IMG/VR virus record: IMGVR_UViG_3300044568_000721 | Location: 1 to 56,351 of that record | From: a virus | Lineage: Duplodnaviria; Caudoviricetes | Length of the DNA: 56,351 nt | Direction: 5' to 3' (one strand) | Part shown: piece by piece, positions 35,521 through 43,906 of the stretch | How positions within the stretch are numbered: position 1 is the first letter of the stretch | Layout: every line of letters starts with the position of its first letter | Made by a program: the position numbers and the translations under genes | The notes under the pieces: generated by a model | Databases searched by the model: none | What the model saw: only the letters and a program-made list of their open reading frames with translations | What the model was told of the DNA's origin: nothing

Positions 35521-38500
35521 ATGGCGTTTAACGGTAATAATCCAAATGGTTTAAATCAGACTAGTGTAAATAGTGTATCACTTTTTGTAAGTGGTTCTCC
35601 TATTTTAAATGCCTCATCTGAATCTGTTAATATTGTAGGAAATTTTAGTTCTTCTGCAGTACAAACAAATGTAATTGGAGTAATTGGTACATCACCACTT
35701 CAAATAAAAGCAAATACCCAAATTAGTGGCTCTTTTAATATTTCATCATCAATATCAGCATCTTTGTTTAGAGGAGATGGTAGTGGATTGTTTAATATAT
35801 CAGCTACATCAATTGGTGATTTGGATAGATTAAAATCAGGTTCAGCAACGGCAATAATTTCTCCAAATAAAGGTTTAGTAGTTAATACTGATTTAACAGT
35901 AGCTGGTACAATAAATGCAACTGAATTAAAAGTAACTTACATTTCATCATCAATAATATACGCAAGTGGTTCATCAAAATTTGGTGATGCTCAAACTGAT
36001 AAGCAAGAATTTACTGGAAGTGTTGGTATTACTGGTTCATTAACATTTGGTGTTGGCTCTTTACCGCAAGATGGTAGTACAAATGAAGTTTTAGTTTATA
36101 ATACAACAACTGGTAGGGTTGGTGTAAAAACAGCAGCAGCAACATCAGGAACATCTGGTACTTCTGGAACATCGGGAACATCAGGAACATCTGGTTCATC
36201 TGGTACATCGGGTTCATCAGGAACTTCTGGTTCTCAGGGTTCGTCTGGAACTTCTGGAACATCAGGAACTTCTGGAACATCAGGAACTTCTGGTTCAACT
36301 GGTTCGGCTGGCACATCAGGAACTTCTGGAACATCAGGAACTTCTGGAACATCAGGAACTTCTGGTACAAGCGGTAGTAGTGGTACAAGTGGTACATCGG
36401 GAACTTCTGGAACATCAGGCTCAACAGGTAGTAGTGGTACAACGGGTTCGGCAGGAACTTCTGGAACATCAGGAACTTCTGGAACATCAGGAACTTCTGG
36501 TACAAGCGGTACATCTGGACTAAGTGGTAGTAGTGGAACAAGCGGTACGAGTGGTTCATCGGGAATAAGTGGTACAAATGGTACGGGTGGTACAACTGGT
36601 ACAGCTGGTACATCGGGAACCTCTGGAAGAAGTGGTAGTAGTGGTACTTCGGGAACTTCTGGAACTGCAGGAAGTGGTGGTATAACTGGTGGTGGCGGTT
36701 CAAATGGAACATCAGGAACTTCTGGTAGTAGTGGGACAAGCGGTACAAGTGGAACGAATGGAACGGCTGGTAGTGGAGGTTCATCGGGAACTTCAGGTAT
36801 AACTGGAGCCGGTGGAGGAAGTGGTTCATCGGGAACTTCGGGAACAAGTGGAAGTAGAGGTACATCAGGAACTTCTGGTTCATCAGGAACTTCTGGTTCA
36901 TCTGGAACTTCTGGAATAAGTGGTAGTGGGGGTTCATCGGGAACTTCAGGAACTTCGGGAACAAGTGGAAGTAGAGGTACATCAGGAACTTCTGGAGCAC
37001 AAGGTTCATCGGGTTCAGCAGGAACATCAGGAACATCAGGAACTTCTGGAGCACAAGGTTCATCGGGTTCAGCAGGAACATCAGGAACTTCTGGTACATC
37101 TGGAATTTCAGGTTCGGCAGGTACATCGGGAACATCTGGAACTTCTGGAGCACAAGGTTCTTCTGGTTCAGCAGGAACATCTGGAACTTCTGGAGCACAA
37201 GGTTCTTCTGGTTCAGCAGGAACTTCTGGTACAAGTGGTAGTAGAGGCACTTCAGGAACTTCTGGTATAAGTGGTAGTAGTGGGACTAGTGGTAGTAGTG
37301 GGGTGAGTGGTTCGGCTGGAACTTCAGGAACTTCTGGTACAAGTGGTTCGGCTGGAACTTCTGGTACAAGTGGTAGTAGAGGTACTTCAGGAACTTCTGG
37401 TACAAGTGGCTCATCGGGAACTTCTGGAGTAAGTGGTTCTGCTGGTACAAGCGGTAGTAGTGGTACTTCTGGTTCTTCTGGAACTTCTGGAAGTAGTGGT
37501 ACTTCTGGTTCTTCTGGAACTTCTGGAAGTAGTGGAACATCAGGTACGCGTGGTACATCTGGTACATCTGGATTATTAGCATTAACTGGTACAACTGATA
37601 ATGGTGTAATCACACTAAATGGTTCAGCTCCTAACGGAACTGTTGAAGCAAATTTAAGATTCGATGGTACTACATTAGCAGTAACTGGTAACGCTACAAT
37701 TAGTGGTGACCTTACTGTAAGTGGTACAACAACATATATTAATACAACAACTCTTAACGTAGGTGATAATATCCTTACACTTAACGCAGATATTGGAGCA
37801 TCAACTGCACCAACTGAAAATGCAGGTATAGAAGTTAAGAGAGGTAATGCAGCAACGAAAGCATTTTATTGGGAAGAAGCAAATGATAGATGGTATGCCG
37901 AAGATGGTCTTTATGTAGCAGGTAATGTAGTTCTTAGTGGAACTGTTGATAGTGGACAAGGAGCAACTGAAGTTCATTTAATGAACCAAAATGTTCGTAC
38001 AACTGATTCACCATCATTCAATAGAATAACATCAACTGTAGCAACTGGTACATCACCATTAGCAGTATCATCTACAACTTTAGTTAGTAACTTAAACTCT
38101 GATTATTTAGGTGGACAACAAAATTCATCATTCTTTAGAAATTTAAGTGGAGGTACTGGTACTAGTATTGATACTTATGTTGATAATGGATTTAGAACCT
38201 TAAGTTATACAGGATATAGTTCTGGATTGTGGTCTACTAATATGGGTGGTTCTACTGGAACAGTTCAAATGGAGTTTGAATATAATACTCCTGTTAGAGG
38301 ATTCAAAATAAGAAATAGAACGGATAATACATCTTGGTCATCGGTTGGATGGGTAACTATGACAACTGCAAATCAAGGACATATTGCTGGAACAATTTGG
38401 CATAGTGCAAATGATGGAACTGGTACTGGATTGGATGCGGATTTATGGGATGGTTACCAATTCTCAGATTATTTAAACCAACCGGTTAGAACAACTGATA

Positions 38501-41500
38501 ACGTAACACATAATAGACTAACATTAGGAGTTGCAACTGGTACATCTCCATTGGTAGTTTCATCAACTACATTAGTATCAAGCCTCAATTCAGATTTATT
38601 GGATGGGCAAGAAGGTACTTATTATGACCAAAGACAATATACAAGAGCAGATAACTATTTAGGTGGTTATTATGTGAGTGGTGGTAGTGAAAAACCAAAC
38701 AACGCTATATTTGGAGCTGGTAAGTTTAAGGTAGCAATGTTATCCAGTGGTAATTTAGGATTTAGTGGTCCTTGGAGTGATGTGTTATGGACAAGTACAT
38801 ATAGTGGTGGTGATGTTAAGAGTAGTTTCGCTATTGTAAGTGACAAATACTCAGAAAATGTTTTCTTCGCAAAACAAGCATTTGATTCGGCAAATTGGGG
38901 AAGTGGTAGATTAGTTCTTACTGATTTCAATTCTCCATATGCATATTATATGAATCAGTATGTTCGTACAACCGATTCTCCTACTTTTAATGATTTAACA
39001 GTAACAGGTAGAGCTGTAATTGGTGGTAACTTTAGTAATCAGGCATATAGTTCAGTAGGTTCTACTAGATTACATTTTGGTGGTGGTGATAGTGATGCAA
39101 ATAGTAATTACTACATTGGTACTAATATAGAAAATTTTGGAGGTTCATATACCAAATTAGATTTAAGATGGCACACTGGTATTCGTATGGGTGCACAACC
39201 TGGATATGGTGGAGTTCGTTTCTATAATAATGAAGATTTAGATGCAGTTATTTTATCAGTTGGTACTAGTGATGCAAACGTTAAAGTAACAAATAGTTTA
39301 ATAGCTGGAAGTACTGGTACTCCTCAAGCTACTATACAAGCCGTTGGTAATTTAAGATGGTCTTCTGGTGGTAACTCATATTACACTTATAGTGATATGG
39401 ATAGTGGCGGTCTTTATATTGAGACTGTTGATAATGGCACCAGCCGTGCAAAAATGAGATTCCAAACTAGACCATCAAACTCTGGAGCATATACAACATA
39501 TCAAATTGATGCTAATAACAACGCTCATTATTGGAGTATTAATGGAACAAATTATTTAACATTAGATACTGGTAATTTGAATGTAAACAATGCCGGTTTA
39601 ATTGTAAATGGTTTAGCAAGATTCAATAGTAGTGGCGCTCCGTTTATGAGATGGCATAATACATCTGCATCTGGATATATGTTATTGGGAATGTATGATG
39701 ATAATAGTACTCAAAGAGTTTGGTTTGGTATGGGTGGTAGAACACAATCTTTTGGTTCTTATGCAGCATATTCTACTGATGGATTATCTATGAATTTAGA
39801 TGGAGCTGGGGCAATTAATATATCAAATAGAGGTTCATCAAAAAGAATCAATTTAAATACTGGTACTGAAGGTGCATCGAATTTTACTACATTAAGAATG
39901 GTAAATCAGGAAGTATATGTAACGCCTGATTCGGTAAATGGTAATTTACGTTCACCACTATATTATGTTTCGGATGATACAACTTATTTATGGAATAGTA
40001 ATAGAATAGTAGTAAACCAAGTAACATTCCCTTATAGAGAATGGGATTATAGTTGGGGAGCTCATGGTACTGGTAGTGGTACTCAATCAATGTCCTTTAG
40101 AATGTGGGATAGTTACACTCAAAGTGGAGCACCTTCATCTTATGGTACATTAATTGAATATTATGGATTAGGTGGGCATCAACATGACCAATACTATTTC
40201 TATCAGGGTGAAATTCTTCATAGATACGGATGGTATGGTACTACGAACTGGCAAAGTGGGTGGAGAGCAATGTTGCATGCTGGAAACTATTCTGGATACG
40301 CAATTCCTATTAGTGGTGGTATAAATATGACTGGTTCTTATGGTTTAAATGACCAAAGATTATATCTAAGAACTAACGGAGATACCAATCACTTTATATG
40401 GAATGCGGATGATGATTGGGAAGAAATGAGATACTATTTTGGAACTGGATTTAGAGTTCAAAGTAGTAATGGTGTAACATCGGCAACATTTACAAATAGT
40501 GGTATTAACGCCGTTAATATGACCATTGGTGGCGCACAAGTTTGGTATAATAGTGGTGGTTGGTTAGGTGATTTAGCATCTTATGGATTTACTAGAGCTT
40601 GGGGACATGCTATGTCTGGGGGTTCTGAATTTGTAATCCTATATAAAGGTGGACAAGGATATACATTAGTTGATGGCTCTTATTACGCTTACGAAGCAGG
40701 TGGATTCTATTCATCAAATAACTCAGCAGGAAACACATTATTAGGATTTAATGCAGATAGTACATCTTCTGTTAGATTTAATTCGGCAGTTAGAATTGGT
40801 ACAAACAATAACCTTTACTTAGATTACAACTACGGACAATCTGTTGTAGGTGTTTATACATCTACTAGATATCAGGGTGTATTCGCAATGGGTGATTCAT
40901 ATAAATTAGCAATTGATGGTTCATCTCCTGGTTCTTTATATGGTTTAGCTTGGTCACATCCAAACGCTGGAGGACAAGCTGGATTCTTAAATGACCACGG
41001 ATTATTGGTAATGAACTATGGTACTACATTCGCAGCAATTTCTTCTAGAATTTGGGCAAGAGACCAAATGAACGCACCAATCTATTACGATAGAGATACT
41101 GGTTACTATTTTGATGGTAACGGAAATACTAACTGGCAAGGTTTGACCGATTATGGTAAAATGAGAATTGGACAGACTGCAAAAGGTAACTTCCGTAGAA
41201 ATGATTATACTGGGGATTCTAACTATTGGGTAGGTTCAATGGGTTGGGGTACAACTGACCTTATTTCAGTATTTACTTGGGGTAGTGGATTCTTTGATAC
41301 GTGGAGTAACCCAGCTAACCAACCCGCTGGTACATCTCACTGGACTGGAGTTCAGGCACTTCACTATGTAAGTTCATATAATAGTGGATATGGGTGGCAA
41401 TTAGTTGGTGGACCTATTGAAGGTGCATGGTGGACATCTTATTGGAGTTCAAAGCGTGCTTGGTATAAGTTAGCAATGTACGGATTGAATGAAGTTGGTG

Positions 41501-42888
41501 TTGGTTCACTATATTCTACAATTATGTACGATGCCAATGACACATCTCGATATGTAGACCCTAATGGATATAGTTATTTTACAAACACTGGTTTAGTATT
41601 AGAAGTTGTAAAACTTGGAACAGGTCCTAATAGTAGAGCATTTATGGCAGCAAACAACCAGGGTGATAACTCTTGGGGTATTGTTGGTGAATTTAGAGTA
41701 AATGGTGGACCTGGAGGTGATAGACCTTCTATCTTATTCTCAAGCGGATTTAATAGTAATACATGGTCTTGTGGATATGGATATGCAGATGATTCTTATT
41801 TTAGAATCAACCACGACCACGGCCATAGAAACCAAAGTTGGGGTACTACTGATTTCTATATAGATAGGGGTGGTAACTCATATTCAAATGGTAGTTCTAG
41901 AGCACCTATATTCTATGACCAAAACAATACAGGATATTATACTGACCCTACTGGATATTCTCAAATGAGTTCTGGTGAATTCAATAACTATATGAGAGCA
42001 GCTCGTATTGATTTTATTGGTACGGGTGGTAACTCTGGACAAGGTACAAATGCATACTCTATCTTCCAAGAAGGTGGTGGATGGGGTTATCCTTATCCGG
42101 ATTTAAGAATTGCATACCATACTGGTATTAAATTGGGAGGAAATGCTGGTTCTTATGAAGGAACTAGAGTTTATTCTGATTACGATATGAGTGATTTGTG
42201 TATCCAATTGGCAGGTTCATCAAACTATTCATTTAAGTATAAGTGGATGTGGACAAATGATACTGGATATTACGCCAGTCAAAACGGAGCTCACTGGTAT
42301 CCAAACAACATCACATATGGTGCTTGGAGAATGAATGGTAATAGAAATGGATGGTATGGACACGTAATCGATTCAGCATATTTACCTCACTATATGTGGG
42401 AGAGTGGTAATGGTGGTTGTTATTTACAAGACGCTGGAAGATGGGTATGGTATCATTCATTGGGAAATAACTGTACGGGATTTTGTACATCTTCAACATC
42501 TGGAGCATATGGTATATATGTAGCTAAAGGTATTTATTCTGAAGGTAATATAGTAGCTTATTCTGATAGACGAGCAAAAGAAAATATTATAACTGTTGAT
42601 AATGCTTTAGATAAAGTATCACAAATGAGAGGTGTATTTTATAGTAGAATTAATGATGAAACCAAAAAAAGAAATATAGGGGTAATTGCACAAGAAGTAG
42701 AAAAAATATTACCTGAGGTAGTAACATACGCAGCTGATGTGGATGAGTATGGTGTTTCATATGGTAATTTTGCTGGTTTATTTATTGAAGCAATAAAAGA
42801 ACAAAATGAAATTATAAAAAAACAATCAGCTGAAATTAAAGAATTGAAAGAAATTTTAAATAATTTAATACTTAATATTAAAGGATAA
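35521..42888 (+). CDS. Long tail fibre with a GTS tract and a C-terminal intramolecular chaperone (peptidase S74-like)
   Basis: 2455 aa; YSDRRAKENI...ALDKV..MRGV.Y...IGVIAQEVEKILPEVV...VSYGN...IEAIKE followed by a coiled coil; W/Y/G-rich distal region. Confidence 0.85.
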   Translation: MAFNGNNPNGLNQTSVNSVSLFVSGSPILNASSESVNIVGNFSSSAVQTNVIGVIGTSPLQIKANTQISGSFNISSSISASLFRGDGSGLFNISATSIGDLDRLKSGSATAIISPNKGLVVNTDLTVAGTINATELKVTYISSSIIYASGSSKFGDAQTDKQEFTGSVGITGSLTFGVGSLPQDGSTNEVLVYNTTTGRVGVKTAAATSGTSGTSGTSGTSGTSGSSGTSGSSGTSGSQGSSGTSGTSGTSGTSGTSGSTGSAGTSGTSGTSGTSGTSGTSGTSGSSGTSGTSGTSGTSGSTGSSGTTGSAGTSGTSGTSGTSGTSGTSGTSGLSGSSGTSGTSGSSGISGTNGTGGTTGTAGTSGTSGRSGSSGTSGTSGTAGSGGITGGGGSNGTSGTSGSSGTSGTSGTNGTAGSGGSSGTSGITGAGGGSGSSGTSGTSGSRGTSGTSGSSGTSGSSGTSGISGSGGSSGTSGTSGTSGSRGTSGTSGAQGSSGSAGTSGTSGTSGAQGSSGSAGTSGTSGTSGISGSAGTSGTSGTSGAQGSSGSAGTSGTSGAQGSSGSAGTSGTSGSRGTSGTSGISGSSGTSGSSGVSGSAGTSGTSGTSGSAGTSGTSGSRGTSGTSGTSGSSGTSGVSGSAGTSGSSGTSGSSGTSGSSGTSGSSGTSGSSGTSGTRGTSGTSGLLALTGTTDNGVITLNGSAPNGTVEANLRFDGTTLAVTGNATISGDLTVSGTTTYINTTTLNVGDNILTLNADIGASTAPTENAGIEVKRGNAATKAFYWEEANDRWYAEDGLYVAGNVVLSGTVDSGQGATEVHLMNQNVRTTDSPSFNRITSTVATGTSPLAVSSTTLVSNLNSDYLGGQQNSSFFRNLSGGTGTSIDTYVDNGFRTLSYTGYSSGLWSTNMGGSTGTVQMEFEYNTPVRGFKIRNRTDNTSWSSVGWVTMTTANQGHIAGTIWHSANDGTGTGLDADLWDGYQFSDYLNQPVRTTDNVTHNRLTLGVATGTSPLVVSSTTLVSSLNSDLLDGQEGTYYDQRQYTRADNYLGGYYVSGGSEKPNNAIFGAGKFKVAMLSSGNLGFSGPWSDVLWTSTYSGGDVKSSFAIVSDKYSENVFFAKQAFDSANWGSGRLVLTDFNSPYAYYMNQYVRTTDSPTFNDLTVTGRAVIGGNFSNQAYSSVGSTRLHFGGGDSDANSNYYIGTNIENFGGSYTKLDLRWHTGIRMGAQPGYGGVRFYNNEDLDAVILSVGTSDANVKVTNSLIAGSTGTPQATIQAVGNLRWSSGGNSYYTYSDMDSGGLYIETVDNGTSRAKMRFQTRPSNSGAYTTYQIDANNNAHYWSINGTNYLTLDTGNLNVNNAGLIVNGLARFNSSGAPFMRWHNTSASGYMLLGMYDDNSTQRVWFGMGGRTQSFGSYAAYSTDGLSMNLDGAGAINISNRGSSKRINLNTGTEGASNFTTLRMVNQEVYVTPDSVNGNLRSPLYYVSDDTTYLWNSNRIVVNQVTFPYREWDYSWGAHGTGSGTQSMSFRMWDSYTQSGAPSSYGTLIEYYGLGGHQHDQYYFYQGEILHRYGWYGTTNWQSGWRAMLHAGNYSGYAIPISGGINMTGSYGLNDQRLYLRTNGDTNHFIWNADDDWEEMRYYFGTGFRVQSSNGVTSATFTNSGINAVNMTIGGAQVWYNSGGWLGDLASYGFTRAWGHAMSGGSEFVILYKGGQGYTLVDGSYYAYEAGGFYSSNNSAGNTLLGFNADSTSSVRFNSAVRIGTNNNLYLDYNYGQSVVGVYTSTRYQGVFAMGDSYKLAIDGSSPGSLYGLAWSHPNAGGQAGFLNDHGLLVMNYGTTFAAISSRIWARDQMNAPIYYDRDTGYYFDGNGNTNWQGLTDYGKMRIGQTAKGNFRRNDYTGDSNYWVGSMGWGTTDLISVFTWGSGFFDTWSNPANQPAGTSHWTGVQALHYVSSYNSGYGWQLVGGPIEGAWWTSYWSSKRAWYKLAMYGLNEVGVGSLYSTIMYDANDTSRYVDPNGYSYFTNTGLVLEVVKLGTGPNSRAFMAANNQGDNSWGIVGEFRVNGGPGGDRPSILFSSGFNSNTWSCGYGYADDSYFRINHDHGHRNQSWGTTDFYIDRGGNSYSNGSSRAPIFYDQNNTGYYTDPTGYSQMSSGEFNNYMRAARIDFIGTGGNSGQGTNAYSIFQEGGGWGYPYPDLRIAYHTGIKLGGNAGSYEGTRVYSDYDMSDLCIQLAGSSNYSFKYKWMWTNDTGYYASQNGAHWYPNNITYGAWRMNGNRNGWYGHVIDSAYLPHYMWESGNGGCYLQDAGRWVWYHSLGNNCTGFCTSSTSGAYGIYVAKGIYSEGNIVAYSDRRAKENIITVDNALDKVSQMRGVFYSRINDETKKRNIGVIAQEVEKILPEVVTYAADVDEYGVSYGNFAGLFIEAIKEQNEIIKKQSAEIKELKEILNNLILNIKG
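36148..37572 (+). repeat. Gly-X-Y (GTS/GSS) triplet tract, about 475 aa
   Basis: Direct translation; GAQGSSGSA and GSRGTS sub-repeats. Confidence 0.95.
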
Positions 42889-42892
42889 TAAT

Positions 42893-43324
42893 ATGGCACT
42901 AATTAGAGATTACGAATTACCAGGAACTGGATTGACTGTACCAAATGCATATCACGTTGTTACAAATATAAAAGTTGAAAAAAGAATGGCAGATTTCAAG
43001 CCACCTGTTGACCTATCTAGACCCGATGGTTTAACGCCAATGAATAGAAGCGCAGGTACGGAAGTATATTGGTCTGCTGGATATACTGGAGAAGTGGCAG
43101 TAACTATTTGGGTAAATAAAGCTGCAAGGGATGCCAATGCAAACCCAATTGGATTTATAGGAACTAACCCATCTGATAATAAACATGGTGTTAGTATTGG
43201 TACTGCTGGTATGGACCATAAGTGCGTATTTTTTATAGACCAATCATCACCATTGGACCATATGGCACAAGCATATAGACATTTATTAACTACCGATTAT
43301 TATAGTGGTTCATTGGAAGTTTAA
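42893..43324 (+). CDS. Hypothetical fibre-associated protein
   Basis: 143 aa, 4 nt after the fibre gene; TGLTVPNAYH...QAY.HL pattern. Confidence 0.55.
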   Translation: MALIRDYELPGTGLTVPNAYHVVTNIKVEKRMADFKPPVDLSRPDGLTPMNRSAGTEVYWSAGYTGEVAVTIWVNKAARDANANPIGFIGTNPSDNKHGVSIGTAGMDHKCVFFIDQSSPLDHMAQAYRHLLTTDYYSGSLEV

Positions 43325-43331
43325 AATCAAT

Positions 43332-43340
43332 ATATTTATA
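43332..43340 (+). promoter_or_regulatory. ATATTTATA motif
   Basis: 19 nt before ATG 43360. Confidence 0.6.
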
Positions 43341-43359
43341 TAATATAAAATAAAAAATT

Positions 43360-43761
43360 ATGGCATTAACATACGAATGGAAATTAATAGGACTTAAAAA
43401 GCAAAACACAGAAAATTTATCTGATGTAATTGTTGGTACTAATTGGAGATTAACAGGTACCGATGAAGATGGTAATAGTGGTATATTCAATGGAGCAACT
43501 CCTTTTCAAATACAAGACCTTAACGGTGATGGTTTTGTAGATTATAGAGATTTGACAGAAGAATTAGTATTGGGTTGGATACAAAACCATGTAAGTGGTT
43601 CATCTCCATCAAACTATATGACTCATATAAATCAACAAATACAAAAACAAATTGATACTGTAAAATTTGCAACAATAGATGTAAATGAAATTGATTTACC
43701 TTGGTCACCAACATCTGGCAGTGCTACACCAACTCCACCAGAGGTTGCACCAACAACTTAA
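43360..43761 (+). CDS. Hypothetical fibre-associated protein
   Basis: 133 aa; TYEWK...W.LTGTD...FVDY.DLTEE.VLGW...LPW pattern, common next to phage fibre genes. Confidence 0.6.
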   Translation: MALTYEWKLIGLKKQNTENLSDVIVGTNWRLTGTDEDGNSGIFNGATPFQIQDLNGDGFVDYRDLTEELVLGWIQNHVSGSSPSNYMTHINQQIQKQIDTVKFATIDVNEIDLPWSPTSGSATPTPPEVAPTT

Positions 43762-43838
43762 TAATATTTAAAGATTTTTATTGTAATATGTTCAAAGCAC
43801 TTATTTATAAACAAATTTGTGTTTTGAACATTTTCTTT

Positions 43839-43847
43839 ATATTTATA
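43839..43847 (+). promoter_or_regulatory. ATATTTATA motif upstream of the tail sheath gene
   Basis: A second TATTTATA lies at 43802-43809 inside an inverted repeat. Confidence 0.55.
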
Positions 43848-43906
43848 TAGGTAATTACATAGGATTTTCTTAATTACAAACTTAAAATACAAATTGGAGA
43901 AATAAA

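Noticed and set aside
29782-37594. Off-frame ORFs rich in QKFLM or ELLEHQ repeats
   Set aside because: Alternative-frame readings of the same 9-nt periodic tracts.
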